The notes under the pieces were generated by a model, which was given only the letters and a program-made list of their open reading frames with translations, was not told where the DNA came from and did not search any database. A stretch of 63,057 nucleotides of DNA, filler included, from Reticulomyxa filosa (Eukaryota; Protista; Foraminifera), in the NCBI GenBank assembly GCA_000512085.1. It is 22 parts of 22 records of this genome, joined end to end, with 100 filler letters (N's around TTAATTAATTAA, not from the genome) between each part and the next. Parts side by side here need not be neighbours in the genome. Positions count along the whole stretch, not along the records: positions 51,905 to 52,915 come from ASPP01012288.1; positions 53,016 to 54,616 come from ASPP01014424.1; positions 54,717 to 56,394 come from ASPP01008891.1; positions 56,495 to 60,511 come from ASPP01004957.1; positions 60,612 to 61,611 come from ASPP01047816.1; positions 61,712 to 63,057 come from ASPP01044956.1; 16 more parts are not named here. The stretch is one strand, 5' to 3'. Position numbers and translations under genes: made by a program. This document shows, piece after piece, positions 51,960 through 63,057 of this stretch; position 1 is the first letter of the stretch, and every line of letters begins with the position of its first letter.

Positions 51960-52783
51960 TGTATAAAACTCAACTAATTTACCCATTCCAGTCCTCCGGT
52001 ATATTTCATGCATTCATCCTGAGTCACTAATGTCAGTGCAAGAAAATCATTGCAAGTACATCTGTACGTTTACATATACATATAAGTAAGCTATTGTTTG
52101 GATTGTTTCTTCCTTTTTTTTTTTTTTTTTTTTTCTTTGCCCTCGATTGGAAAAGACACGAAACAAAGCAAAGTCTCCCGTAGCGGTGCTGAAAAAGTTG
52201 AGCCCAATGACAGCAAAGCAAGTGAGGATCAAACAGGCAAAGAATATCCCACTCAAAATGCTTGGCAGACCGCGACTCAAAGATGTCAAAATTATGCGCA
52301 TTGGATTGTATCGAATAATCACACGAAACAATCGCAGCGCACGAAGTGTCGACCAATGTCTCAGATTGAATAGCAATCCGAATATCGAGAGTAACACTAC
52401 CGCGGTGTCCAAGATGTTCCAATTGTCTTGAAAGAACGCATTCGTGTTGTCTTTTATTATTATTATTTATATCCGTCATACAAACAAGAAAATGATAAAA
52501 AGGAACTCTTCCCCCCTCCTCTCTCTCTCTCTTGGGACAAGTCAGTTGCGAAAAGGGTAGTACCGAGTGTCAACGAGACAGATGTCATAATTTGTTTGAT
52601 GTCATTATCCAAGCGCAACTTTTCTGGTTCTTGACCCATGCTACCTGTGCTGGTTCTGTATTTCCGTTTGTTTTTGGAGTGAGCGCTTTCACGCAAAGGC
52701 TCCCAACGAACCCACTTCCGTTGAGACAACGCGCCGGAGGCACTCGTGCTCTTGTCTGTGTCATCCCTTGCCCCATCTTCCAC
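51960..52783 (-). CDS. Four-domain voltage-gated Ca2+/Na+ channel fragment (S3-S5 and start of pore loop, domain III-like)
   Basis: FFQDNWNILDTAVV (S3), STLRALRLFRVIIRYNPMR (S4), FAVIGLNFF (S5), CNDF..QDEC..LEWVN (extracellular loop). Confidence 0.85.
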
Positions 52784-52817
52784 CTGCATATATACAAATA
52801 CACGCATACATAAACAT

Positions 52818-52849
<32 letters not shown>

Positions 52850-53051
52850 CATGTATACATTTGGGATGAATATATCATAAAAAAAAAAAAAACTTAATAT
52901 ATATATATATATATANNNNNNNNNNNNNNNNNNNNNNNNNNNNNNNNNNNNNNNNNNNNTTAATTAATTAANNNNNNNNNNNNNNNNNNNNNNNNNNNNN
53001 NNNNNNNNNNNNNNNATCTTGCCAATTACATATAATCATATATCACATATT

Positions 53052-53087
<36 letters not shown>

Positions 53088-53891
53088 GTGCATATAATAT
53101 TAAACACAGGTCGGACACACTTGAATAGACAACTCAGTTCTTTGTTTTAATTGTATGTATTGCCTCGTTAGAATACTTTCATCATTGTCATCCAAACTAT
53201 CATCTTTCTCTTCATACACTTGTTTGTTGCTTTCGTTGTTTCGTTTATTTTTTGCTTCGTCTGAACAAAACATTACGTCAATTCGTTTGGTTGAACAAAA
53301 CAAGCTGTTACTGTCAAATGAACAAACAAACAAAAATTAAACCAACGAAAAACAGCACAGACTTACTTGGAGTAATGTATTGTGATTTCACTCGATCGCT
53401 CATTGGAGACTTCCCTGTTTATTTTTTAAAAAATTTAATTGGAACTTTTTTCTTTTGAGTTTTCCTCTTTATTTGCAAGTTTTTGTACAACTTAAAACAA
53501 AGTTAATTATTAAAATTTTGCTAGAGTGTTGTTTTTTGACCCCAAAATTTGCAAATATAATATTCATTTGCATATTAACATGAACACTAACTTTTATTTT
53601 AGGTAATGTTGAAATAAGAAATAAAGTAGAAGTGTGAAAGAATAAAGAAAAAATTGTTTGACTAATAGCATCACTGGGTAAAGTGGCCAAGTAGTATTAC
53701 TATCAATGACACATCATCAAATTGAGTAATTAACATAAAAACGAAACAGATGAGAGGCTCGATTTAAAAAACACAACTTGGAGAGTGTAGCTGTTGGAAA
53801 AAACAAAAAACAAGCCCAAGCTGTTTGCAGAAGGAATATCTATTCATCATTCCACATTTGATTATTTTCTCTTGCTTTGATCCATTTCCAA

Positions 53892-54540
53892 ATGCTTGCA
53901 TTTGTATTATGTCTTTATTGGTCCAGCTTGTATTTGACAAGAAGTAAAGCGTCGACGACAATGGCGCAAGCGTCTTCGGAAAAGATATTGTGCGAACCAA
54001 GTGAGTCGTGTGACGTGTACTGTGACAGCAACGCAGTGTGTGCCAACAAGCGAGTGTCGTGTCCAATGGGCAGTTCGTATCAATGTAATATCCACTGTCG
54101 AACACAAAATGCATGTCGGAACATAATTATCGATGCAAATTTCACGAAATATGTGCAGCTCTCGTGTGAGGGTGGAGAAAATGCCACTCATGTTTGTTCA
54201 AATATCAGTTCAATGGATTGAAAATTCTTACATTTTGTGGTATTTTTTTTTGTAAATATTAGTGTGTATGCATATATCTTTCTATTTGCATATATACATA
54301 TGTACGCATATACAATATATGTATATTTTATATTTATATGATGGTTTTGCTTTTTTGGTTTTGTTTTGTTTTGAGTTTAAAAATGAAGCATACAATGATA
54401 TAACATTAAAAAAAAAAAAAAAAAGCATTATGGAATATGTACGGTTCATATTTACAAATTCAAATGGAACAAGTGTACAACTCTTCGAATGAACAAACAT
54501 GGAACATTGGAACTGACATGAGTTTGGACATGCTCTCCCC
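53892..54540 (+). CDS. Secreted/surface Cys-rich protein (5' part)
   Basis: Hydrophobic N-terminus MLAFVLCLYWSSLYL, then CEPSESCDVYCDSNAVCANKRVSCP..CNIHCRTQNACRNIII..LSC. Confidence 0.65.
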
Positions 54541-54580
54541 CTTCCCTTTTTGCAATAGCCAAATATCTTTTCTTTTAACC

Positions 54581-54616
<36 letters not shown>

Positions 54617-54716
54617 NNNNNNNNNNNNNNNNNNNNNNNNNNNNNNNNNNNNNNNNNNNNTTAATTAATTAANNNNNNNNNNNNNNNNNNNNNNNNNNNN
54701 NNNNNNNNNNNNNNNN

Positions 54717-54994
54717 CATTGGCATTGGCATTGGCATTGGCATTGACATTGGCATTGGTATTGGTATTCGAGTGAGTAGTCTCTTTGTGCTGAATGGCAC
54801 TGCTATCAATAATGCGGAACTGCATTTGGTCGTCTAAAGACATGTACAACCCAGAGTCCACATTTCCTGCAGACAGATCGTATTGGATGTGATTTGGCAT
54901 GGTCAAAATGGGGGTTGAATAATATTGAACGTTCAAGTTGCTATCCACACTTTTGCTTTCATCCGCACTATTGTAATTGCTATTATTATTATTA

Positions 54995-55029
<35 letters not shown>

Positions 55030-55535
55030 GTGATTATCATGATCATTGTGATTATAATCGCTTTTTCTTCCCGTACTGACATGAGCTGTGAAGGACGAGT
55101 CAGCACTTCCGACAATGGCCGACTTTGCAAGACTAGCAGCGGCACTGTCAGGTGGAGCATAGACAGAGTTGTCTTCGAGCATCGAATTCAGGTTGGCAGA
55201 GCCATGGGTGATACCTCGCCGTATCATTTGCGGACGAGCGCGCGTATGTGGATTTGGCATGCCCAAATTCCACTTGCTTTTTTCTTGCCTGGTCTGCAGT
55301 GTATTGTTGTGTTAGTGTTACTGTTATAGTGTGGGATGGAAGAAAGAGAGGAAGAAAGTGGGATGAAACAAAGCGAGATGTGAGTTGTGAACTGAAGTCT
55401 TTGCGGGCTGTGTGCGAACGGTCAATTTCTTCGTGCTATTTTTTTGAGCCCCCCAAGCAATTGTGAGATTGGTATTTGACTGCACAGATGTGCCATCATT
55501 TGGATGGTTAGTAGTGTTATTATTGTTATTATTAA

Positions 55536-55574
<39 letters not shown>

Positions 55575-56310
55575 GATTGGATCTGCCAACATGATCCAGG
55601 TATTTGTTACTTGAACTGTGTGTGCTTTGACTGTCTTTGCTCAGCTTTGGCTGTGATTTCATTTCATTATCTAATTTATCTTGGACTTGTTGTTGTTGTT
55701 GTTGTTGCTGTCTTTGCTCTTCCTCTTGCTGTTCTTTTTGCTTGGATTGGATGTCCTCTTCTCTTCTACTAGCTGTCTGCGTTGACGGACTAGGACGAAG
55801 GAATGCAATGTCTGCCTTTGAACTCCCAGAAGATATCAGCTCTGAGGATGGTCCGGCTTCGTCATAGGAGGCGACACAAGGAAGCGCTTGAGGGTTGGGA
55901 CAGACCGTTGGATAGGACGGATGTTTGAGAAATGTGTTTTCTTCGTTTGCTGTTGGATGTGATGCATTTCTGTCATAGTCGTGATCGTTTGTATAATTAT
56001 AAATCTCGTTTTGGCTTTCGTTGTGTGTGAAATTTTTATTGTGCTTATTATTGGCAATGGCATTGGTGTTTACATTTGTGCTTGCATTGCCATTGGCATT
56101 GGTATTGATATTGATATTGGTATTGCCAGTGGCAGAGGTTGTATGGATAGGAGGAGAAGAGGGCGATGATTCAATATCTTGCATCACGTTCGCAATTACA
56201 CTTTGAGTCGTCCACTTCGCTTGGTCCATTGCTTCAGGCGTTGCTGACTTTGAAGCGTTTGCAAACGTGTTGCCTTTCAAATCGTCAATGACCTCTTCAT
56301 CTTCCCCTCT
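54717..56310 (-). CDS. Low-complexity Asn/Gln-rich protein, internal exons
   Basis: ORFs 55324-56280 and 54661-55266 joined across a probable intron; no domain recognised. Confidence 0.6.
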
Positions 56311-56499
56311 TCTTCGTCTTTTTTTAAAAAAAAAAAAAAAAAATTTATATACATATATGGTAAAGAAAATAAATTTTTTTTTTTTTTTTTTTTTNNNNNN
56401 NNNNNNNNNNNNNNNNNNNNNNNNNNNNNNNNNNNNNNTTAATTAATTAANNNNNNNNNNNNNNNNNNNNNNNNNNNNNNNNNNNNNNNNNNNNAAAAA

Positions 56500-57376
56500 A
56501 AAAAAAACGCAACTTTTGTAAACAATGTCAAAGTCTTTGTTGTCATTGGGCTTGCTGGATTGTGGAACACTAGCACTCGCCTCCTCACTTTTGGGCGTTG
56601 GGTTCGTTTGTTGACGTTTTTTTTTTTCTCTTGTTTTTTTCATTTGATATTGGTATTGTTGTTGTTGTTGTTGATGTTGCTGGTGTTGCTGGTGTTGTTG
56701 ATGCTGATTCAACACGGCCCGCCAATGCTCGTTTTTCAACCACATATCTTTATTTTGAAACCACTGTTGCACGTCATGCATCACCTCACAACAGTGAACA
56801 ATCCGAGATTTTGCTTTTCGATTTGTTGCCTTTGATACTCGCAGTTTGCTGTTCACGTATAATGACGTCCATAATATTAAAAATGTCAGTGCAAATATGC
56901 AACATCCGTACTCCAGCTCATAATCATATAACCACTTTTTGCAGTCAAACTTCCAACCTGGAAAATCCAGTCGTGCCGCCGATAAAAATAAAAACAATTG
57001 ATTTATAAAGTTATCTGAGTTGTTTTTTTTTTTGGTTCGTTGTTTTTCGTTTTCGATGCAAAACGTATACTTGCATCACAAAATTATAAAAGAAAAAAAG
57101 TGTTCTCTTAACAAAAAAAACTTTTTTTTTTGGATTGACTTAACTACTATAGTCAGTTCCAATTTGACAGAGAAAAGATATCAATTGTACCCACTTCCAA
57201 CATGACAAAATTCGAAAGGTCCAATTCGTTTTGAACACTGTTGCTGTTGCTGCCAAAACACTCACTAAACATAATACTGCGACCAAATACCAAGCATACC
57301 ATTGTCGCATCGTTTTTTCACAATAATCTGTACATAATGTGCCGTTCTGGTTCTGGAAACAGTTCTGATATACCAT
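56500..57376 (-). CDS. Membrane protein, 5' part, with a Gln/His-rich loop
   Basis: MVYQNC..WYAWYLVAVLCLVSVLAA..WVQLISFLCQIG, intron, ..YGCCIFALTFLILWTSL..poly-Q. Confidence 0.5.
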
Positions 57377-57949
57377 CTCGAACAATTTTCAGTGGGGACT
57401 TTACAAAAACTGTAACAACTTTTTTGTTGAACAAAACCCAAGTTAAGTATCAAACCGCTTGTTAATTATTTGAAAGTGTTCAGGACAGTTTATTTATTTT
57501 TTGTAATTCACAAAATCTGCCTTATTTACTATTTGAGCAAGTTGGATTACAATAGTTTGCAAAAAAAAATGGCACGTATTATGCTACTTTGAAGATAATC
57601 TATTTTCTCCAAAAAAAAAATAAATTCACCTGACTGTTTTTTTAACACTATTTCATCATTTATTTATTTTTTAAACTTATTTTTACATATAAATAATTTT
57701 TAATTAAAAAATTTATGACTGATTTCTTATTGGAACAGTATTGTTTGTCATAATGCAGTGTTTTGATGATTAAGGTAAAAGACATAGTATTTCCAAAAAA
57801 TAAATCAAGCGACATGAATTTGGAAAATAAAAATTAAAAAACATTCCTTTCATTTCACAAAAATTCATATAGTTAATCACCAAACATTGATTCGTCCTTT
57901 GCGTGAATCATAACACAAATTAATGCCTTGATATTCATTTTATTTTCGT

Positions 57950-58883
57950 TTATTATTATGTTATTTCTTTTTCGATGACAAGAATTTAATACAAAATATT
58001 CTTCTATTTTCTTTATAATCTCCTTTCATCACATACAATTCTTCTTATTTGTCACAAAAACGAATTGTATTATCATTTGATCCAGAACATATTACATTTG
58101 GATTATCACTAACTTCGACATTATTTACTACAAATGGTGAATATTCAACAGTTAATACAATATTTTATGTCTATTGAATACTTGAACTTGTTGACCAAGT
58201 CGAATATCTCCAAACAAACACTGTTATCTTGTGATCATGATAATATTGTATTTTTACCATCAGCAATTCCTAATTTATTTGATCCATATTATACACTTTT
58301 CACTATACTTTCATTCCTTTGACATAATCGTTATTTTGCTGTTTCAATATACCGTATTCGAACTGTTTTATCAAATGATCCAGAACAAATTGTCCATTAC
58401 CACCAATCACATTAATACTAGTATATTATTATTATCGTTGTTATTGCTTTGCAATGGTGAAATATCCGCACACCAAATAATACTTTCATCTCTATTAATG
58501 AGAGCAATGAATTTGTTTCACATGAACTGTCTCATCATATGATCCAGAAGGACAAATGATTGAGCATCGCCAAATGTTGAATAATCATACTTTGCGTAAC
58601 ACTTGTATATTCAGCAAATAAATATAAAATAATTTAATTACAATTAAAAAAACATAACATAATTGACAATTAGTCTGTCAAAATCATTGGTTCATCCGAA
58701 TTTAATGCGTAATATTCAAATCTAATGTTGAGTGATTATTTGGATTTCTTCTTCTGACTATCTGATCAACAACAAATCAAATAACATGACGAAAACGTAA
58801 GGTAAACAACTTTCTGAAGCTTGAACATAGCCTGCCAATAGTAGTTCAGTTGGAGTTTGTTTTTTATTACCGAAAGTGGCCAT
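57950..58883 (-). pseudogene. WD40-repeat family pseudogene
   Basis: SEEEIQIITQH*I*ILRIKFG*TNDFDRLIVNY versus QHWIRILKIKLGWIHEFDKLVVNY in the intact copy. The first donor is GT>GC; deleted and frameshifted WD repeats follow (CSGSNDNTIRF). Confidence 0.88.
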
Positions 58884-59018
58884 CCTTTCAACTTTTTTTG
58901 ATTGAATTGCTTTAGATTATATAGAAAAAATGTTTGCACTTTTTTAAAGACAAACGAAGGTTGTTCCCAAAACTACTTTAAACTGAACAACGTGATTTCT
59001 CTTCAATAATTTAAAAAT

Positions 59019-59057
59019 TTGTTCAAAATTAAGTATGCCACGCAATGTTACACATTT
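59019..59057 (-). promoter_or_regulatory. Conserved upstream element of WD40-family genes (copy 1)
   Basis: ttgttcaaaattaagtatgccacg..acacattt matches 62386-62421 ttgttcaaaactgagtatgccacg..acacattt. Both lie ~140-200 bp upstream of the WD40 ATG. Confidence 0.5.
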
Positions 59058-59343
59058 CCAAAACGGAACACAAAAAGACTGACTGTGAAAATTCTCTTTT
59101 TTATTCACATGGCTGTTCTCGGCTGTTGATATAAAACTGTTGCTTTTAAAGTTATTAATTAGCCAAAAAGTATGTTGTCCTGGAATGTTTTCATCTGCAA
59201 CTAAAAATTCTTTGTTTTAAATGATGTTTTTAGTATTAGTTCGCACATTAAAATTGAAATAATATGGCCTTTTAATTTAAAAAAACTGTGTTTTTAGGGA
59301 GATAGGTTCTCTTGTATTTAAACAATTTGAATACATTGTTTCA

Positions 59344-60511
59344 ATGTCAGAAAAAAATGCGGAAGAAGAAAAAAGGCTTAGCGATTTGATTGGGGCACTA
59401 AACAAAGAAATCATAGGAATAGATATGAAAATAAGCGCTCTCCAACAAGAAAGACAAGATCTGGAACAAGAACGAGAACAAATCGAATTGCAGTTGCAAA
59501 AAATAGTGAAGATGCCAAAGCAAAAATTCAAACATTTGAGTGACGATACGCATACGCGAAAACTTGTTAAGAACATAAAAAAAAAGCAAATGATATGAAC
59601 GCTAAGTGTGTGCGAAGGAAGGTAGGAACAAAAAATAACATTAACACTAACAATAACAAACTGGATTAAACTAGACACGTTATCTTGTAAATTTTCCGTG
59701 GAACGAAGCAATAGACAAATCTCTGAAAGAGACATTCCATTTGAATCAATTTCGAAGCCATCAGCGAGAGATACTCAATTGTACATTGAGTGGAGATGAC
59801 TGCTTTGTGATCATGCCCTCAGGGGGAGGAAAGTCTCTTTGCTATCAATTGCCAGTGACGTTACCTTCGGACTATGTTCCGATAGGTTTTACAGTGGTCG
59901 TTTCTCCCTTGCTTTCATTGATTCAAGATCAATGCCATCAACTGAATAAACTTGGAATTCGTTGAGTCAGCATTTTTTTTTTTTTAAAAAAAAAAGTAGG
60001 TCAAAAGTGTAATAAAAAAAAAATGTAAAAAAAAAAAATGTGAGAAACGATAGGAGCGGTGGCATTGTCTGGAACGGACAAAGACAAACCAGAAAATAAG
60101 GAAATTTACGATGCAATGAGCGGCCGTGACACGAGTGAAGGGACGACAGGTGGTTTGAGCAAAACAAAAACGAATGGAAAAAGATCAAAGAAAGGAGGGA
60201 AAGCAGCAGGACCACCTTGTCCACCTAAGTTTCAATTGGTATATTTGACCCCGGAAAAATTGATTGGAAAGAAAGTGCTGAATGCACTGGAACAGGCATT
60301 TAAAAACAACTATTTGCAAAGGTTAATCATTGACGAAGCGCATTGCTGCAGTCAATGGGGTCATGAATTTCGTCCTGATTACAAAAAATTGTGCATCTTT
60401 CGTAAACAATTCCCCACCGTTCCAATCCTTGCGTGCACAGCCACTGCTACCCAACATGTTATGGAAGATACCATTTCAATTCTTGGTTTGTTGTTGTTCC
60501 ACCCCCTTTTA
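59344..60511 (+). CDS. RECQL: RecQ DNA helicase, RECQ1-like (5' part)
   Basis: N-terminal coiled coil, FPWNE, FRSHQRE, MPSGGGKSLCYQLP (motif I), VVVSPLLSLIQDQ, YLTPEK, IIDEAHCCSQWGHEFRPDY (motif II), ACTATAT. Confidence 0.93.
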
Positions 60512-61711
60512 NNNNNNNNNNNNNNNNNNNNNNNNNNNNNNNNNNNNNNNNNNNNTTAATTAATTAANNNNNNNNNNNNNNNNNNNNNNNNNNNNNNNNN
60601 NNNNNNNNNNNATTTTAATGGAAATATATTGTTTTAATTTAAGAAATAATAAAAATAATGAATAGGAATATCTTTTTTTTTTTTGGGATAGAGAGTTTAA
60701 ATTTTAAGATAGAAAAAGCATCTTGTTGTTGTATTTTACAATAAATAATAATGGAAACAAAAAAAGATTTTACCTTTTTATAAAACAATGATAATAATTG
60801 GAATATCTTATTTTTTTTTAGTGAAGAAGATTAAAAATATATTGCAATGCCCTACTAATTACAGGAGAAGCTTCATATGAATAAGAGAACCCTTTTTTCC
60901 TCAACAACCTTCACTGTTTTCTTATTTCTTTGTCAGTGAGTTGTTTATCTCTTTATTATTTAACTACTTTTGTTTTCCTTTTCGAAAACATCTTTTAGTA
61001 ATTACTTTCTTATTACACTTTGGTATTACATCAATCTTCCTACAAAAAAAAAAATAATAAAAATAATGAATAGAAATATTTCTAATTTTACAATAAATAA
61101 TAAATAATATTTTAAAAAATACCGCGAAAAACGCACCGCAAATTCGTACTACGCAAATTTTTTTCCTTGCAAAGGAGAAAACGCAAGTCGGAAAAAAACG
61201 TTTTTACATTGAGGATAATTGGAAATGCTAAAATAATTAAAAAATATCCTTAATTTTTTGAAAAAAAAATAACAAGAAAGATATTTTGCATTACAATAAA
61301 TACTCAAACAACAAATTCAAAAGTTAAATTACTTTTTTTAATGAAGATAAAAGTATGAGATCTACTTGATACAGGATTTTCTTTTAAACATTGTGATGAA
61401 AAAAAAAAAATTTAAAAAATAATATAATCATATAAAAACATATTATTATCTCCTTTTGAAGAAATTGGAAGAAAGAAACACAAAGATTATCACTTTCTTC
61501 AAAGTTTTCAATATGATATACAAAAAAAATGGATATATGCAATACAAAAAAGTATTGGTATCAAAATAAGTTATGTGATTAAAAATGGCATATACAACAT
61601 TTTTTTTCTATNNNNNNNNNNNNNNNNNNNNNNNNNNNNNNNNNNNNNNNNNNNNTTAATTAATTAANNNNNNNNNNNNNNNNNNNNNNNNNNNNNNNNN
61701 NNNNNNNNNNN

Positions 61712-62214
61712 CAATACACATAATGTGAATGTCCATTGAATGATCGAATTTGTTTATTGTTATCAACATCCCATACACGAACTGTGCTATCATTTGACCC
61801 AGAGCAAATGAATTGACAATCATCAAATGTTGAATAATCAATACTATACACCCAACCAGTATGTCCAGTGAATGTATTGATTAATTTGGATGATAAACGA
61901 AATTTATCAAACATAAAGATAGTGGATATCTATGTTAAATAAATATTTGAATATTTTATTGGCATTTTTAAAAAAAAGAAAGAACAAATTAATTAACATA
62001 ATTGACAACAAGTTTGTCAAACTCATGAATCCATCCTAATTTGATTTTTAATATTCGAATCCAATGTTGTATGATTACTTGAACACTTTCTTCAGACTGT
62101 TTAAATTACAAATTACACACAATAAAAAAGGCAACAGATTTTCTGAAAACTTGTAATAAAGCTTACTAATGCTAGTTGTATTGAAGTTTGCTTTTCATTG
62201 ATAAGAGTTGTCAT
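61712..62214 (-). CDS. WD40-repeat family gene (5' part, apparently intact)
   Basis: MTTLINEKQ..|SEESVQVIIQHWIRILKIKLGWIHEFDKLVVNY|ISTIFMFDKFRLSSKLINTFTGHTGWVYSIDYS..CSGSNDSTVRVWD..FNGH. Confidence 0.92.
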
Positions 62215-62385
62215 TTTGTTTTTTTTTCTAAAGTTCGTTTTTGATGATGTAAAATGGAAGATATTGAACTTTTTTTCCTCTCAAGGGCAATGAAAGGGGT
62301 TTTCAAAAATATTTTGGCAACATGAAAAATATGATTTTAACAAATATGTTAGTTTTTTTTTAGTGAAGATAAGAATTTTTTAAAC

Positions 62386-62421
62386 TTGTTCAAAACTGAG
62401 TATGCCACGTATAACACATTT
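62386..62421 (-). promoter_or_regulatory. Conserved upstream element of WD40-family genes (copy 2)
   Basis: Matches 59019-59057. Confidence 0.5.
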
Positions 62422-63057
62422 TTTTTTTCAAAATATTTTTAACAAAAACTTTAAAAACAGCTTTTTAAATTTTTGTAGTTTTAAAGAATATTTGAAAATA
62501 AAAGGAATTTTAGTGTTGAGATAAAAAGTGTACTTTAACACAGCTTTTATAAACTTTGAATGTGTTTCTTATTTTTAAATTATCATTGCTTTGTAAGTTT
62601 GAAAAGTAAAATTTGTGTATCCGATTTTGAAACATAAATTCTATAAATTCCATAAATGATATATTTTCATGAATTACTTTGAAATAGTCTATCTGAAATA
62701 TTCTCTTTTTATCTTTTAACATTTTTTTGTTTTGAGTATTTTGATGCTATTTATCCAATGCTTGATATGTCTTGTGTTGATAAAATTGTCTAATGAGAAC
62801 ATAAGGAATATCCCAAATTGGTTTCTTGTTCAATGCTTCCTAAGTGGAATTATTCTAAACAGTCAATGTCTTTGCGCAAAAACATAATATAAAAATTGAT
62901 TAAAATTACCCTCGACACAAGATTTTTGATGTTTTGTGAAATCAAAGAAAAAATGCTTTGTTTTGTCATCGTGATGTATTTCAATATACTTAATGTGGAC
63001 AAATACGTTTATTTCGTATTTATCTAATTTGTGATTATTTTCATAATAGTGCGTGTA

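Noticed and set aside
1519-61711. Recurring TTAATTAATTAA as a biological repeat or CRISPR-like array
   Set aside because: Always centred in a fixed 100-bp N spacer, so it is an assembly linker. Gene neighbourhoods across spacers cannot be assumed.
62510-63057. Coding remnant at the window end
   Set aside because: Short interrupted frames in AT-rich DNA with no assignable motif.

Overview
This is not one locus. It is 22 short eukaryotic contigs joined by 21 artificial 100-bp spacers (N44-TTAATTAATTAA-N44). The DNA is AT-rich and intron-rich, with homopolymer and (TA/TAC)n-filled introns and many pseudogenes. The expanded gene families (WD40 with the 'IKLGWI..FDKLVV.Y' leader, TRAF/RING 'CFDKNWILQLN..FICLICKQ', 'KPGINLQGYC') strongly suggest the foraminiferan Reticulomyxa filosa; this is recognition from memory, not a search. 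Gene-bearing contigs hold a PPPDE/DeSI peptidase fused to a PITH domain, a giant Cys-rich/PT-repeat mucin fused to an XK-like membrane domain, and a ycf45/SpoIIIAA-like ATPase with degenerate Walker motifs. They also hold an importin-alpha-like gene, a complete lipid-anchored C2 protein (MGCCCCC), a 7TM-RGS protein, a GBP/RHD3-clan GTPase-Cys/His-repeat-vWA giant protein across two contigs, a Cav/Nav channel fragment, RECQ1 and several low-complexity genes. AT-rich contigs hold decayed copies of GH47, ENTH, Ulp1, actin-like, TRAF and WD40 genes, plus a dead LINE. The most interesting candidates are the GTPase-vWA giant protein, the mucin-XK fusion, the PPPDE-PITH fusion and an intron architecture with A-rich acceptors and self-complementary simple repeats. 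All gene models were spliced by hand and are approximate.
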